Origin: Candidatus Anderseniibacteriota bacterium
GTDB taxonomy: Bacteria; Patescibacteriota; Andersenbacteria; UBA10190
Assembly (NCBI GenBank): GCA_016197005.1
Contig: JACPWO010000001.1
Span: 218,544-282,543 of the forward strand
Reading direction: 5' to 3'
Length of the DNA stretch: 64,000 bases
The notes under the pieces were generated by a model. The model ran no database searches. It saw only the letters and a list, made by a program, of their open reading frames with translations, and had not been told where the DNA came from. A program made the translations under genes and the position numbers. Of this stretch, positions 31,069 to 40,827 are shown piece after piece. Each line of letters opens with the position of its first letter. Position 1 is the stretch's first letter.

Positions 31069-31464
31069 TTAATCACCGAGCGCTACACGATCAGATAAGG
31101 TAGCTAAGTAACTGACGCGATCTGCTTCAACTAAATTAAGTTCCTGGGTTCGCTCTTCAACTGCTTGTAAGCTACGGAGTTGAGCGCCTTCGAGCTCGAG
31201 TTGTCGTTGTTGATCACGTAAATCTAAAATTTGTGCCTCAAGTTCTCGAATATTCGTGCCTTGAGACGCCGTCCCAACAACTTGCCTTAAATATAGAAAT
31301 CCAAGCATGCCAACAGTTACTAAGGCCACCATGCCTGCCACTAACGTAACAGTAGTATGACTGACACTGCCTCGCTGCGAGTTACCTTTACGTAATGATA
31401 CGCGGAAATTCCGCCGCGCTGGACGATATCTTGCACCAATAGATTGTTGAATGTTTGCTGTCAC
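31069..31464 (-). CDS. ftsL: FtsL-like cell division protein
   Basis: Single TM plus coiled coil between rsmH and ftsI. Confidence 0.7.
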   Translation of the reverse strand: MTANIQQSIGARYRPARRNFRVSLRKGNSQRGSVSHTTVTLVAGMVALVTVGMLGFLYLRQVVGTASQGTNIRELEAQILDLRDQQRQLELEGAQLRSLQAVEERTQELNLVEADRVSYLATLSDRVALGD

Positions 31465-31518
31465 GTGTTTGTGTGATCCCGTCCCCCGACGAGATAAGTT
31501 AGTGTTAAGTGTTTAGGG

Positions 31519-32448
31519 TTACATTTTTTGGGCTGCTCTTAGTTTGGCTGAACGCGACCGTGGATTTCTTGCCTTCTCCTCTTGTGTAGCTACCATTGGT
31601 TTTTTAGTGAGAGTGGTAAGGCTTTTGGTCTCCTTCAGGAAGCGTTTTACGATCCGATCTTCGAGGCTATGGAAGCTGATAACAACCAGGCGTCCGTGGG
31701 TTTTGAGGTGAGAGACTGCTTTTGGCAGCCCCATCTCCAAACTTTCTAGTTCCCGATTGACTACTATCCGTAGTGCTTGAAAGGTTCGTGTTGCTGGATG
31801 AATTCGTCCCCCCTCATATCTACCCGGTACGGCTGCGATAATTTCGTCAGCGACCGCAGCAGCGGGAAGGTTAGGCGACATTCGCTTTAAAGCAGAAGCA
31901 ATGCGACGAGCATATCGTTCTTCTCCATACTGCCGCAGGATATCTGCTAGTTCCTCTTCCGGGATCCCCGCAATAAGCTCTGGAGCATCTGGGGCATACC
32001 CGAGACGCTGCTCCAGCCACTTAACTGACGGCAAGCTAGAAGGAGGAAGTTTTGGCTGTACCTGCCCCACGGTCGAGAATTTCATCGCCAGTGGTCCAGT
32101 TGATCGAAACGATATTCCTCGCTCGCTGTCGGATAGCTGATGGCTACCAACACCGAGATCAAAGAGGATATGATCAAACGTTTCATTCCCAGCCACTTCA
32201 TCGAGGTAGGCGTAAGAGGCAGCCGTGAGGCGCACCCTACTTCCATACTGCTGCAGGCGCTTTTTCGCTTGGGCAAGCGCACTGTCGTCGATATCGAGGC
32301 CGAGCACCTGTGTGTCTGCAGCAGCTGCTAAGTACATCTCAGCATGTCCGCCTAGACCAACGGTGGCATCAAGCAAATGGGTTCCTTCCTGCGGAGAAAA
32401 AAGATCGAGTACTGGCTGAGTCAGGACTGGGGTGTGACTTGGTGTCAT
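31519..32448 (-). CDS. rsmH: 16S rRNA m4C1402 methyltransferase
   Basis: HTPVL, DATVGLGGH, HPATRTFQALRI, FHSLEDR, NPRSRSAKLR. Confidence 0.98.
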   Translation of the reverse strand: MTPSHTPVLTQPVLDLFSPQEGTHLLDATVGLGGHAEMYLAAAADTQVLGLDIDDSALAQAKKRLQQYGSRVRLTAASYAYLDEVAGNETFDHILFDLGVGSHQLSDSERGISFRSTGPLAMKFSTVGQVQPKLPPSSLPSVKWLEQRLGYAPDAPELIAGIPEEELADILRQYGEERYARRIASALKRMSPNLPAAAVADEIIAAVPGRYEGGRIHPATRTFQALRIVVNRELESLEMGLPKAVSHLKTHGRLVVISFHSLEDRIVKRFLKETKSLTTLTKKPMVATQEEKARNPRSRSAKLRAAQKM

Positions 32449-32876
32449 ACTCCCAGCTCCCCCATTGCTTCAGCAATATTGTCGCTCTCTTTTTCAGTAG
32501 CTGCCTTGTACTCACTCCAACTGTCCTCATTCCAGATTTCCATCCGGTTATAAAGACCAGCTACGACTACATGTTTCCCCAGGTTAGCGTAATTGCGCAG
32601 ATATTCTGGCACCATGACGCGACCCTGGCTATCAAGTGTGGCATCCCAGGCACCAGCTAACATAAGTCGAGTAAATGCTCGAGATTTTTTACTGGTGAGC
32701 GGAAGTGCGGCGAGTTTTTGCGCCAAGATCTCCCACTCTTGCTTGGGATATACAAATAGACATGTATCAAGTCCACGAGTGACTACGATTCCCTCCTGCA
32801 GCTTCCGCCGAAATTTTACCGGCAAAGCTAATCGTCCTTTTTCATCCAAACTATGAGCGTATTCTCCAATAAACAT
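32445..32876 (-). CDS. mraZ: Transcriptional regulator MraZ
   Basis: MFIGEY, DEKGR, DSQGR. Confidence 0.98.
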   Translation of the reverse strand: MFIGEYAHSLDEKGRLALPVKFRRKLQEGIVVTRGLDTCLFVYPKQEWEILAQKLAALPLTSKKSRAFTRLMLAGAWDATLDSQGRVMVPEYLRNYANLGKHVVVAGLYNRMEIWNEDSWSEYKAATEKESDNIAEAMGELGV

Positions 32877-33000
32877 AAGTATGTACGCTCAATTAGGAAT
32901 CGATTGTAAAGTTCACCCCCCACACCTGATCGCGCTCCCTCTCCCTACTAAGCGTGATCACGTGTGGGGCGTAGAAGCATACTGGGCTTATGCACAGAAC

Positions 33001-33040
33001 CCTCCACTTTTCCCCACTCTTTTCCACGTGTATCCACTTT
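33001..33040 (-). promoter_or_regulatory. MraZ-binding direct repeats
   Basis: Four GTGG cores at exact 10-nt spacing (plus-strand CCAC at 33004, 33014, 33024, 33034) upstream of mraZ. Confidence 0.85.
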
Positions 33041-33165
33041 ACTCTTGTGGCCTACCACTTCGCAACACGTAAAACCACGACTTTTGCACATCCGCCAGCG
33101 AGTGCGAGGAAACCTATCTTCAATGACAAAAGGACTCACCCCAGGTGAGTCCTTTTGTCAGCAAA

Positions 33166-33798
33166 CTAGTTTGATCGGGTACGCGCCACCCTTCCCTCAT
33201 GCAAGATAAGCTGCACGGCCAGGAATAGTCCGGCTCCCAGTGTGTTCATTAAGAGATCTAACGACGTATCGTAGGCAGGGCCAACCGTCTTCGTGAAGAA
33301 AATATGATCAAGGGCCAACTCTACAATCTCATTCCCCACTCCCGCTAAGGCGGTAAGTGATAATGTTAGGATAGCGGTGTAGTATGGATGATCTTCCCAT
33401 ACCTTTTGCGGTAAGTATTTAAGAAAAAACGTCCAGACGATGTACGCTACTAGTACAAATGTCGCCAGGTGCTCCGCGCGATTTATGATCGGTACTTGTT
33501 CCTGACTGCGTACTAACAGCGACACCGCATTCAGAATGAACACCGCAAAGACAAGTGGGAAAGCGTAACTAAGATCTATGCCCCGTCGCAGGAAAACGGC
33601 ATAGATCTTTTCGCAAGTGAGGTAAATGAGCAGTAGATATAGGCTCCAGACGAGTGAAATATGTTGCAGGACAGAAAAAGTCTGCGGAAAGAGATGAGAA
33701 ACTAGGATCGCCAGGAAATATAGTATGAACAATGCGCGGCAGACAAAAACAATTGCGCGCGGCTGCAAGAGAGCAGGCTGACGATCAGTGGGATTCAT
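33166..33798 (-). CDS. Membrane protein (DUF2238-like)
   Basis: TM segments with EH, NEIVE, DTSLDL motifs. Confidence 0.65.
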   Translation of the reverse strand: MNPTDRQPALLQPRAIVFVCRALFILYFLAILVSHLFPQTFSVLQHISLVWSLYLLLIYLTCEKIYAVFLRRGIDLSYAFPLVFAVFILNAVSLLVRSQEQVPIINRAEHLATFVLVAYIVWTFFLKYLPQKVWEDHPYYTAILTLSLTALAGVGNEIVELALDHIFFTKTVGPAYDTSLDLLMNTLGAGLFLAVQLILHEGRVARTRSN

Positions 33799-33813
33799 AC
33801 CACTTTCAATTGC

Positions 33814-34452
33814 TTATGCGGTAACTACGCCGGATGTCGAGCGCTGCTTGTCAAAATCTGGCTGGAGCTGTTGAGGAAGCTTGTTGATCAGTTCTTTGTA
33901 GGCACCTCCGAAAAACTGACGGAGAAAAACGTCACTGAAGTTAAGACGATACTGGTATTCATTAACTGTCATCGGAGTATAACTAATTTCCCGATTAATC
34001 TGCTGCTCTATTCTATTTGCAAACTGTTGAAGCTTGTTATCTTCAATCGCTCCTACCACTAACAAATCAGTTGGTGCAGATTTAGCAGCAGTGAAATAGC
34101 CAGATACTGCGGCGTAATGAACGTCACCCACATTTTCGAGATGATTGAACAAAACATCCTGAATACCCGGTCCGGCCTTTTGCATAATCGATCCCAGTTC
34201 TGAGTACAAAATAAAATCTTCTTTTACGGTGTAATACTTACGACGACGCTCGTCGTACGTATCAAGCATGCCAACGTTTTGCAAAATAGTGAGCTCACGA
34301 CGGACAGCATTCAGTCGTTCTCCGACAATACGAGCAATCTCCCGAACGAAGTAGGGACGTTTTACTCCAGTGGTGAATAGCGTAATGATTTTGACCCGGG
34401 TACGAGAACCGAAAATCTTTTCTAGAGGAAAGGTTTTTTTTGGGCTATCCAT
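33814..34452 (-). CDS. Winged-helix protein with nucleotidyltransferase-like C-terminal domain
   Basis: FGSRTRVK...VREIAR...NAVRREL; SG.F...DLLVVG. Confidence 0.75.
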   Translation of the reverse strand: MDSPKKTFPLEKIFGSRTRVKIITLFTTGVKRPYFVREIARIVGERLNAVRRELTILQNVGMLDTYDERRRKYYTVKEDFILYSELGSIMQKAGPGIQDVLFNHLENVGDVHYAAVSGYFTAAKSAPTDLLVVGAIEDNKLQQFANRIEQQINREISYTPMTVNEYQYRLNFSDVFLRQFFGGAYKELINKLPQQLQPDFDKQRSTSGVVTA

Positions 34453-34533
34453 AAAGTCTGAAGGAAATTGTAAACGTCGGCCCTAGATAAGGCAAGCCAG
34501 GAAAAAGCATTTGAACATGATATACTGGCTGCC

Positions 34534-36708
34534 ATGGCAAGGGATCAAGCTCTGCCCGACGCACAGGAAGTATTAGTAACGCGCGAGGGCGTAGCGGGAG
34601 AAACATACCTATTTGAGCCAGGTACCGGGGAAACCCGACTAGGCTGGCTTTTTGCTGCACTCCAGACGCGTGATCGGGAAGGTATTGGTAGTGAAATCCT
34701 GGATACTGTTGCCACCGCAATTCAGCGTGAATATTACCGTGATCCCCGTCGAAGTGCTGCCTCCAGCTTTGAACTCGCTCTTCACCAGGCCAACCTCATT
34801 CTTCATGACATGGCCGAACAAGGAATGCGAGACTGGATGGTAGATTTTCATGCCTCCGTAGTTGCTCTGGCTGGTAATGAATTACATATTAGCGTGGCCG
34901 GTGAAGGTCAGGTACTGCTTGCACGCAAAGCGAACTTAACAAATATTTCGGTTGGACTTGCTCATTCACCTATTACCGATCCGCTCCAAACATTTTCTCA
35001 AGTAGCGAGCGGTATCGCGGCACCACGAGATACGCTCTACGTTGCTGGCAGCCCCCTGTCTTCTATTGTAGCTGAGACGGAACTAAAGCGACTGGCTCTA
35101 GAAAACTCCGCCAACATTATTGCCAGTCGACTTACTCAGCAAACGAAAGATACGTCGAGTACCACCTCGCTCGCGGCGGTAGTAGTAGTGTTTGCCCCAC
35201 AATATGCGGCACGAGAGAAAGATACGACAATGAGCGCGGCGCCAGCTGGTGGACGCGCAGTTAATCGGTCGTACCTTACCCCCAGACAGCCCCTCATTAT
35301 TCACCGTGGCCTGCCGCGGCAAACGTTATCCCTGCTGGGTAAAGGCAGTAAAGCTGCCTTTAACTTCACTCGTGAGCGCGTATGGCCGCACGTAAAGAGC
35401 GGATCGCGCCAAGGCGGTCGAGCACTCCTCCAGGTTTCAAAAGTTACTGGGAGCAGTCTTAAAAACGTTGCCACCGACAGGGCTGGCAGAGTGCGTTTCA
35501 AGCTGCCAAACCCGACTCAAATGGGTAAGTCTGCAGCGGTTGGTACCGCTCAGTTTACGTTGGGGCTGCGGCAACGACTCACTACCCTTCCGAAGAGCAG
35601 CAAACTGTTTGGCGTTATTTCTCTTATTTTACTCGTTCTCTTAGGGGGAAGCCTTTTACTCTTACAACAGAAGCGAGCATCCGATGCCGCCATCCAACAA
35701 GCGAGCGAAACATTACAAGAAGCCCGAGCAAAAGCAGAAGCAGCGAAGACCGCTCTCATCTATGATAATCGCGACCAGGCTAATGGATTACTTGACGAGG
35801 CAAGTACACTTACACAGCAGCTACAAGGGAAAAATATTTATATCGAAGAATCTCGCCAGCTGCTAACAGAAATCGAAGAACAACGTGATCGCCTGCAGCG
35901 CATTAGTCGTGTCGATAGTGCGAAGGTAAAAACAATTGGGGACTTTGAAGCCAATATTTCGAAAACCCCTCAGCGTTTATTCTTTGTTTCTGACGCTTTG
36001 TATGCCTATCACCCGGAAAATAACGCCATCGTTCGCATGGCGCTTGATGGTACTTCCCAAGTAGTACAACAAACCAGTCAAGGAATTGGCTTCTTCACTG
36101 AGGGGATTGTTCATACGCCTGATAAGACTATTACCTTAATAACTGACCCAGCCGGCGCTGCCCTCTTTGATACCAAAGACAACTCGCTCTCAAAACAAGA
36201 AATATCCTTTGCTTCTACGAAGCCAGTTATAGCAGATGCGGCGGTATTCGGGAATCGCTTATATGTCCTTGATCGATCAATTAATAACATTCTGTCATAC
36301 AACAAAACGCTCCGGGGGTACTCAGCCGGCACTCCTTGGATAACTGACCAAAACTTCCCGGTTCGCACTATCGTCAATATTGCGGTAGACGGAAATGTAT
36401 ATACGCTGCACGAAGATGGCAGTATCCATAGTCTGTTTAAAGGTGTAGCTGCCGAATTTAACCAGGAAGCAGTCTCCCCTATTATTCCGGCAACTGCCCG
36501 TATTATTACTACCGACGAATATCAATTCATATACGTCATTGATCCAGCCAACAAGCGCATCGTAGTCTACGACAAGAATGGTAAGCTCATCCGCCAACAT
36601 GTCGTTGACGTCGCTTCTGAATTCTCTGATGCCACTATTTATCCAGACGAGACGAAAGCCTATGTCCTGGACGGAACTCGAGTACTCGAAATTTCGCTAA
36701 CGGAATAA
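34534..36708 (+). CDS. Bitopic membrane protein: degenerate PP2C-like domain, TM, coiled coil, beta-propeller
   Basis: Domain order inferred from sequence pattern; NHL-like repeats (LYVLD, IAVDG, YVIDPANKRI). Confidence 0.65.
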   Translation: MARDQALPDAQEVLVTREGVAGETYLFEPGTGETRLGWLFAALQTRDREGIGSEILDTVATAIQREYYRDPRRSAASSFELALHQANLILHDMAEQGMRDWMVDFHASVVALAGNELHISVAGEGQVLLARKANLTNISVGLAHSPITDPLQTFSQVASGIAAPRDTLYVAGSPLSSIVAETELKRLALENSANIIASRLTQQTKDTSSTTSLAAVVVVFAPQYAAREKDTTMSAAPAGGRAVNRSYLTPRQPLIIHRGLPRQTLSLLGKGSKAAFNFTRERVWPHVKSGSRQGGRALLQVSKVTGSSLKNVATDRAGRVRFKLPNPTQMGKSAAVGTAQFTLGLRQRLTTLPKSSKLFGVISLILLVLLGGSLLLLQQKRASDAAIQQASETLQEARAKAEAAKTALIYDNRDQANGLLDEASTLTQQLQGKNIYIEESRQLLTEIEEQRDRLQRISRVDSAKVKTIGDFEANISKTPQRLFFVSDALYAYHPENNAIVRMALDGTSQVVQQTSQGIGFFTEGIVHTPDKTITLITDPAGAALFDTKDNSLSKQEISFASTKPVIADAAVFGNRLYVLDRSINNILSYNKTLRGYSAGTPWITDQNFPVRTIVNIAVDGNVYTLHEDGSIHSLFKGVAAEFNQEAVSPIIPATARIITTDEYQFIYVIDPANKRIVVYDKNGKLIRQHVVDVASEFSDATIYPDETKAYVLDGTRVLEISLTE

Positions 36709-36724
36709 ATACCTTACGTAGCCT

Positions 36725-39172
36725 TTAAAACTGGCTGACTGGAACCGTAAGCTGCTGACCGCCCTCTACTCTCCCAGCAATAAGTTGCTGCGCAATCCAG
36801 TATTCAACTTTGTCCTGAATAAGTCGTTTCATTGGCCGAGCTCCAAACTCAGGGTCGTATCCAGTTGCTGCTAAATAGTTTATAAGCTCATCAGTAACAG
36901 CAATAGTGATGCCATGCTGTGCATCTAGGCGAGCATTGAGACTTGTCATCATCCGAATTGCTACTTCTCGAATATGCTGAGCAGAAAGCGGCACAAAGGT
37001 AACAACACCATCAAACCGGTTCAAAAGTTCTGGTAAGAAAATACCCTTTTGCAAAATATGCTCTCGTAGCCTCGTATCAAAGTCGGGTGGAAATGTTCCG
37101 TCATCGGTAACACTGGTGCGAATAAGTTCAGCGCCAGCGTTACTGGTAGCAATAATAATACTGTGTACGAAAGAGTACTTGCGACCGCGCGCATCAGTAA
37201 TATATCCCTCATCGAGTAGAGGTAAGAAGAGTTCTTGAACGGCAACGCTCGCCTTTTCAAACTCATCAAGCAGAATAACGGAAAAAGGATGTTCGGCGAC
37301 GAGTCCAGTCAGGCGCCCGATCGGTCGACCAACCGTACCAATGAGACGTTCGATGGCGTCGCTACCTTGAAACTCTGACATATCCAGCCGCTGCAAGTAG
37401 CTTTCAGCACCGAAGTAAGCCTCCGCCAGTGCCTTTGCCGTTTCTGTTTTTCCGACTCCTGTTGGACCCAAGAACAAAAATGTACCGATCGGATGTTTGC
37501 CACTGCGCACACCGGCTCGTGCGCGAATCATAGCTCGCGAGACTGCCTCAACTCCCTCGTGCTGATTAACTACACGTCGGTGAATTTGATCAGCGAGCGA
37601 TAGGAGCCGCCCAGCCTCCTCTTGCCGCACTTTCCCAAAATCAATCCCCGTCTTGCGCGTAATGACTGCATCAACATCTTCGGGGAGAATTGTCACTGTC
37701 TTACTCCCCTCTGCTTCAACCACAACTTCTTCCAAAACATCAAAAGCTTTTTCTGGAAATGGTATGTGCGGCAAAATACTGGCGGTACTTTTTACAATTT
37801 CTTCCAGCGTCCGATACGGTAAAAACACTCCACTCTTCTTTTCCCACTGTTCAACCATCAGAGCTAAGAGTTTTAATGTTCGTTCTTCACTAAGCGGCGG
37901 TACTTCTACAATTTCAAATAAATGCTCCAGTTCGCTGTTACCAGCCAAACGCTGATGATAATCATCCAACGACATAACTGCTACTACTCTTACAGTTGGT
38001 GAAGAAAAGAAAGGCACCAGTACGTCGGTTATATTGGCCACTCCTTCTCCGCCCCCTAAGGCGCCACTTAAACCGTCGAGGACAACAATGACATTCCCCG
38101 CTCGTTCCATTTCGTTAAGAGCGCGTGAGACAATTGCGATCTGCTGCGGCCTACTATTACCTCCACTAATCAGTTGGCTGACATGAACATACAGAACTCG
38201 TTGCGATTCCAGGGCCGGATGAGCAGTTCCAGCGGCAATACGACGCATTACCTCTTTTATGACGCCAATTCTTCCCACTCCTGGTTGTCCGACTAACAAG
38301 ACATTACTCTGCCGCCGACGAGCTAAGCTATTAATAAGAAGATCTACTTGCTTCGGATGGGCCGCACCAATATCCCAGGCACTGCCGCGAGGGGGACGGG
38401 AAAACTGGTCAACCAAAGGTGTAAACCCCGCAGCCCAGGAAATACCAATTCCGGTAAAATCTAGCAGGTTCTCTTCTGACCACCAGCGTAAACGTTGGTG
38501 GTGCCACGCGCGGCGAGCCTCTTCCCACCATACCGCGAAACGAATATCTTCTTCCTGTAATTGTCGGCGACGCAGAAACATGTGCATCTGCGGATGAAGC
38601 AAGAACGCTGCCAATGCATCAGTGGCGGATATATATGAGTATTGACTACTCTGGGCGCTTATGGCTGCATCTTTGCCCATATCATCCCAGGAGTAGTTCG
38701 GCAGTACAGCTGTGGTAATTTCAGCTACAACTTCTTCTGCACTGAGCTGCAAACGCTTCAGTACCATTTGTGCAGCAGATGTCCGTAAAACATTTTTGCA
38801 GAATGATTCGAATTCCTTGCTGTTTCCTTTTTTATACGTTTGGGCAGCAAGCAGTAATCCAAAATCTGCCGCATCCGCTCCATTCTTCGTGGGCAACGTT
38901 GTTGATGGTAACCGGCGAGGTACAAACGTGATGGTATATACAAATAGCCAGCCAGCGACCAGGGCTACTGAGGCACAAAGACCACTTAGTACAAAGAGAG
39001 AGATAGGTAAAAATCCTTCCCAAAAATATCCGGTGATAGCACCGGCTACAGCCGCTGTAACCGCCCCAATTAGTACAAATGCAGACACAACACTAAGCGC
39101 CTCATTTGTTTGCACCGCCTGTAATCGACGGCGTGGATTAAAGATTTGAGTTAGATTCCCTCCGTCCGCCAT
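36725..39172 (-). CDS. Membrane-anchored ClpA/ClpB-like AAA+ ATPase
   Basis: N-terminal TM segments; D2 GPTGVGKT, LLDEFEK, FGARP; D1 motifs degenerate. Confidence 0.88.
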   Translation of the reverse strand: MADGGNLTQIFNPRRRLQAVQTNEALSVVSAFVLIGAVTAAVAGAITGYFWEGFLPISLFVLSGLCASVALVAGWLFVYTITFVPRRLPSTTLPTKNGADAADFGLLLAAQTYKKGNSKEFESFCKNVLRTSAAQMVLKRLQLSAEEVVAEITTAVLPNYSWDDMGKDAAISAQSSQYSYISATDALAAFLLHPQMHMFLRRRQLQEEDIRFAVWWEEARRAWHHQRLRWWSEENLLDFTGIGISWAAGFTPLVDQFSRPPRGSAWDIGAAHPKQVDLLINSLARRRQSNVLLVGQPGVGRIGVIKEVMRRIAAGTAHPALESQRVLYVHVSQLISGGNSRPQQIAIVSRALNEMERAGNVIVVLDGLSGALGGGEGVANITDVLVPFFSSPTVRVVAVMSLDDYHQRLAGNSELEHLFEIVEVPPLSEERTLKLLALMVEQWEKKSGVFLPYRTLEEIVKSTASILPHIPFPEKAFDVLEEVVVEAEGSKTVTILPEDVDAVITRKTGIDFGKVRQEEAGRLLSLADQIHRRVVNQHEGVEAVSRAMIRARAGVRSGKHPIGTFLFLGPTGVGKTETAKALAEAYFGAESYLQRLDMSEFQGSDAIERLIGTVGRPIGRLTGLVAEHPFSVILLDEFEKASVAVQELFLPLLDEGYITDARGRKYSFVHSIIIATSNAGAELIRTSVTDDGTFPPDFDTRLREHILQKGIFLPELLNRFDGVVTFVPLSAQHIREVAIRMMTSLNARLDAQHGITIAVTDELINYLAATGYDPEFGARPMKRLIQDKVEYWIAQQLIAGRVEGGQQLTVPVSQF

Positions 39173-39176
39173 AGTG

Positions 39177-39542
39177 TTAGAAAAGCGTCTGGATACTTAC
39201 AAATAACCCAAGGGCACCAACGACCGGCCAAGCAATAAAAACGATGACTGTAAGAATACTTGCAACTAGAACGAGCAACGCAGCGATACTATAAGTCGCT
39301 AAAGTAAAAGTGCGCACAACGAATCCAATAACTCGCGAGATCATATTCCACGCAAACGCGAGCGCCAACTTACTTAAGCCAGCTCGTTCGTACGAGACAA
39401 CATCCTTATGCCAGTGAGAGACAAGCGTACGGAGCATCAGGGGCACTGAAAAAAGTCTCAGGAGCACCCGCTGTATATTCCACGCAAGCGTCAGTAAAAA
39501 AGTGGGTGCATCCAATATATGCCAGCGAAGGAGACTAAGCAT
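39177..39542 (-). CDS. Small membrane protein upstream of the Clp-like ATPase
   Basis: FSVPLMLRTLVSHW, ISRVIGFVVR; 4 nt from the ATPase start. Confidence 0.75.
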   Translation of the reverse strand: MLSLLRWHILDAPTFLLTLAWNIQRVLLRLFSVPLMLRTLVSHWHKDVVSYERAGLSKLALAFAWNMISRVIGFVVRTFTLATYSIAALLVLVASILTVIVFIAWPVVGALGLFVSIQTLF

Positions 39543-39606
39543 TTCTGTATTGTAGCACGCAAAAGCCGGGCACTGCGCCCGGCCTTTGTCCTCTGGCTTA
39601 CTTACT

Positions 39607-40041
39607 TTATTTGAGTTCTACTTTGCCGCCAGCGGCTTCAATTTTCTTTTTCATTTCTTCAGCTTCTGCCTTTGGAACATTCTCTTTGATAGGGGCTGGA
39701 GCTTTGTCAACGAGATCCTTGGCATCTTTCAAACCAAGACCAGTTACTTCTCGAACTGCTTTGATGACAGCAATTTTCTGTTCACCAGTAGCAGTGAGTT
39801 CAACTGTGAAAGATGACTTTTCTGGAGCAGCTTCTCCGGCTCCGCCAGCGGCTGGAGCAGCCATCATCGCCATTGGGGCGGAAGCAGAGACACCGAATTT
39901 GTCCTCAAGAACTTTGACGAGTTCTGACAAATCGAGCACTGACATTTCTTCTACTTGCTTAACGAGATCCTTGAATTTAGTAGGAACCTCTACTGCCTTT
40001 TTGTCTTCATTTGTTTGATCTTTGGTTTCTTCTGCAACCAT
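39607..40041 (-). CDS. rplL: 50S ribosomal protein L7/L12
   Basis: [29 protein letters not shown]. Confidence 0.98.
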   Translation of the reverse strand: MVAEETKDQTNEDKKAVEVPTKFKDLVKQVEEMSVLDLSELVKVLEDKFGVSASAPMAMMAAPAAGGAGEAAPEKSSFTVELTATGEQKIAVIKAVREVTGLGLKDAKDLVDKAPAPIKENVPKAEAEEMKKKIEAAGGKVELK

Positions 40042-40072
40042 AGGTATGAATTAAAAATTTATAAATTTAAAG

Positions 40073-40594
40073 TTATTCTTTTGATTCTTTAATTGCTTGC
40101 AACACATACACCATTGAACGAGGTACTCCTGACAGAACCATAGCAAAACCACGCATAGGTCCGGCCAGCACGCCAACGAGTTGCCCAAGGAGCTGCTGCC
40201 TGCTTGGAAGCTTCGCCAGCGCTGTTGCCTGTTCCATGGTAATAACATTGCCTTCCAGTACACCTGACAGAATCCGCATCTGATCTTCATGCTGTTTCGC
40301 AAATTCATAAATGAATTTAGCCGGAGCGACCACATCACTTCCCCACACCACCGCTACCTGATCTTCATGCTGTTTCGGGTCGAAATCTACTTTGGCATCA
40401 GTTAAAGCAAGCTTTAAGAGACGCTTTGGTACTACCTTCATTTTGCAACCTGCTTCATGGAGTTTATCCCGAAGATCGGTCATATCTTTCAAGGTAACGC
40501 CGTCAAAACCAACGAAGACAACTGACGTAGCTTCAGATACATCTTTGCTAACTTTTTGGATGATTTCTTCCTTTTGTGTACGAGTAAGTGACAT
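40073..40594 (-). CDS. rplJ: 50S ribosomal protein L10
   Basis: DLRDKL, LAKLPSRQQLL; upstream of rplL. Confidence 0.95.
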   Translation of the reverse strand: MSLTRTQKEEIIQKVSKDVSEATSVVFVGFDGVTLKDMTDLRDKLHEAGCKMKVVPKRLLKLALTDAKVDFDPKQHEDQVAVVWGSDVVAPAKFIYEFAKQHEDQMRILSGVLEGNVITMEQATALAKLPSRQQLLGQLVGVLAGPMRGFAMVLSGVPRSMVYVLQAIKESKE

Positions 40595-40601
40595 GGGTGA
40601 G

Positions 40602-40700
40602 AATAAAAAAATCGGGTTATCACCCGAATGCGTAAAAAACAGCTAATTGGCTGTCTTCCTCTTAGGGGCTTATGTGAATGCCCTAGGTCTTCGGATGACT
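40602..40700 (-). promoter_or_regulatory. L10 leader (autogenous ribosomal protein leader)
   Basis: CCGAAGAC-containing structured 5' UTR with a terminator-like hairpin and T run just before rplJ. Confidence 0.7.
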
Positions 40701-40827
40701 GGACTATTTATCGTATAAACAGCGTATAAATGCAAATTGACAAAATAACAGGAAAGTTGCCTTACTTCCTTTTCTAGGAAAAGTGTAGGCAAGAGTAATT
40801 TTAGCCACACCGCTAGTCTAACCAACG

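Noticed and set aside
32985-33040. Replication origin from DnaA-like boxes
   Set aside because: Only one or two imperfect boxes; the pattern is better explained by MraZ repeats.
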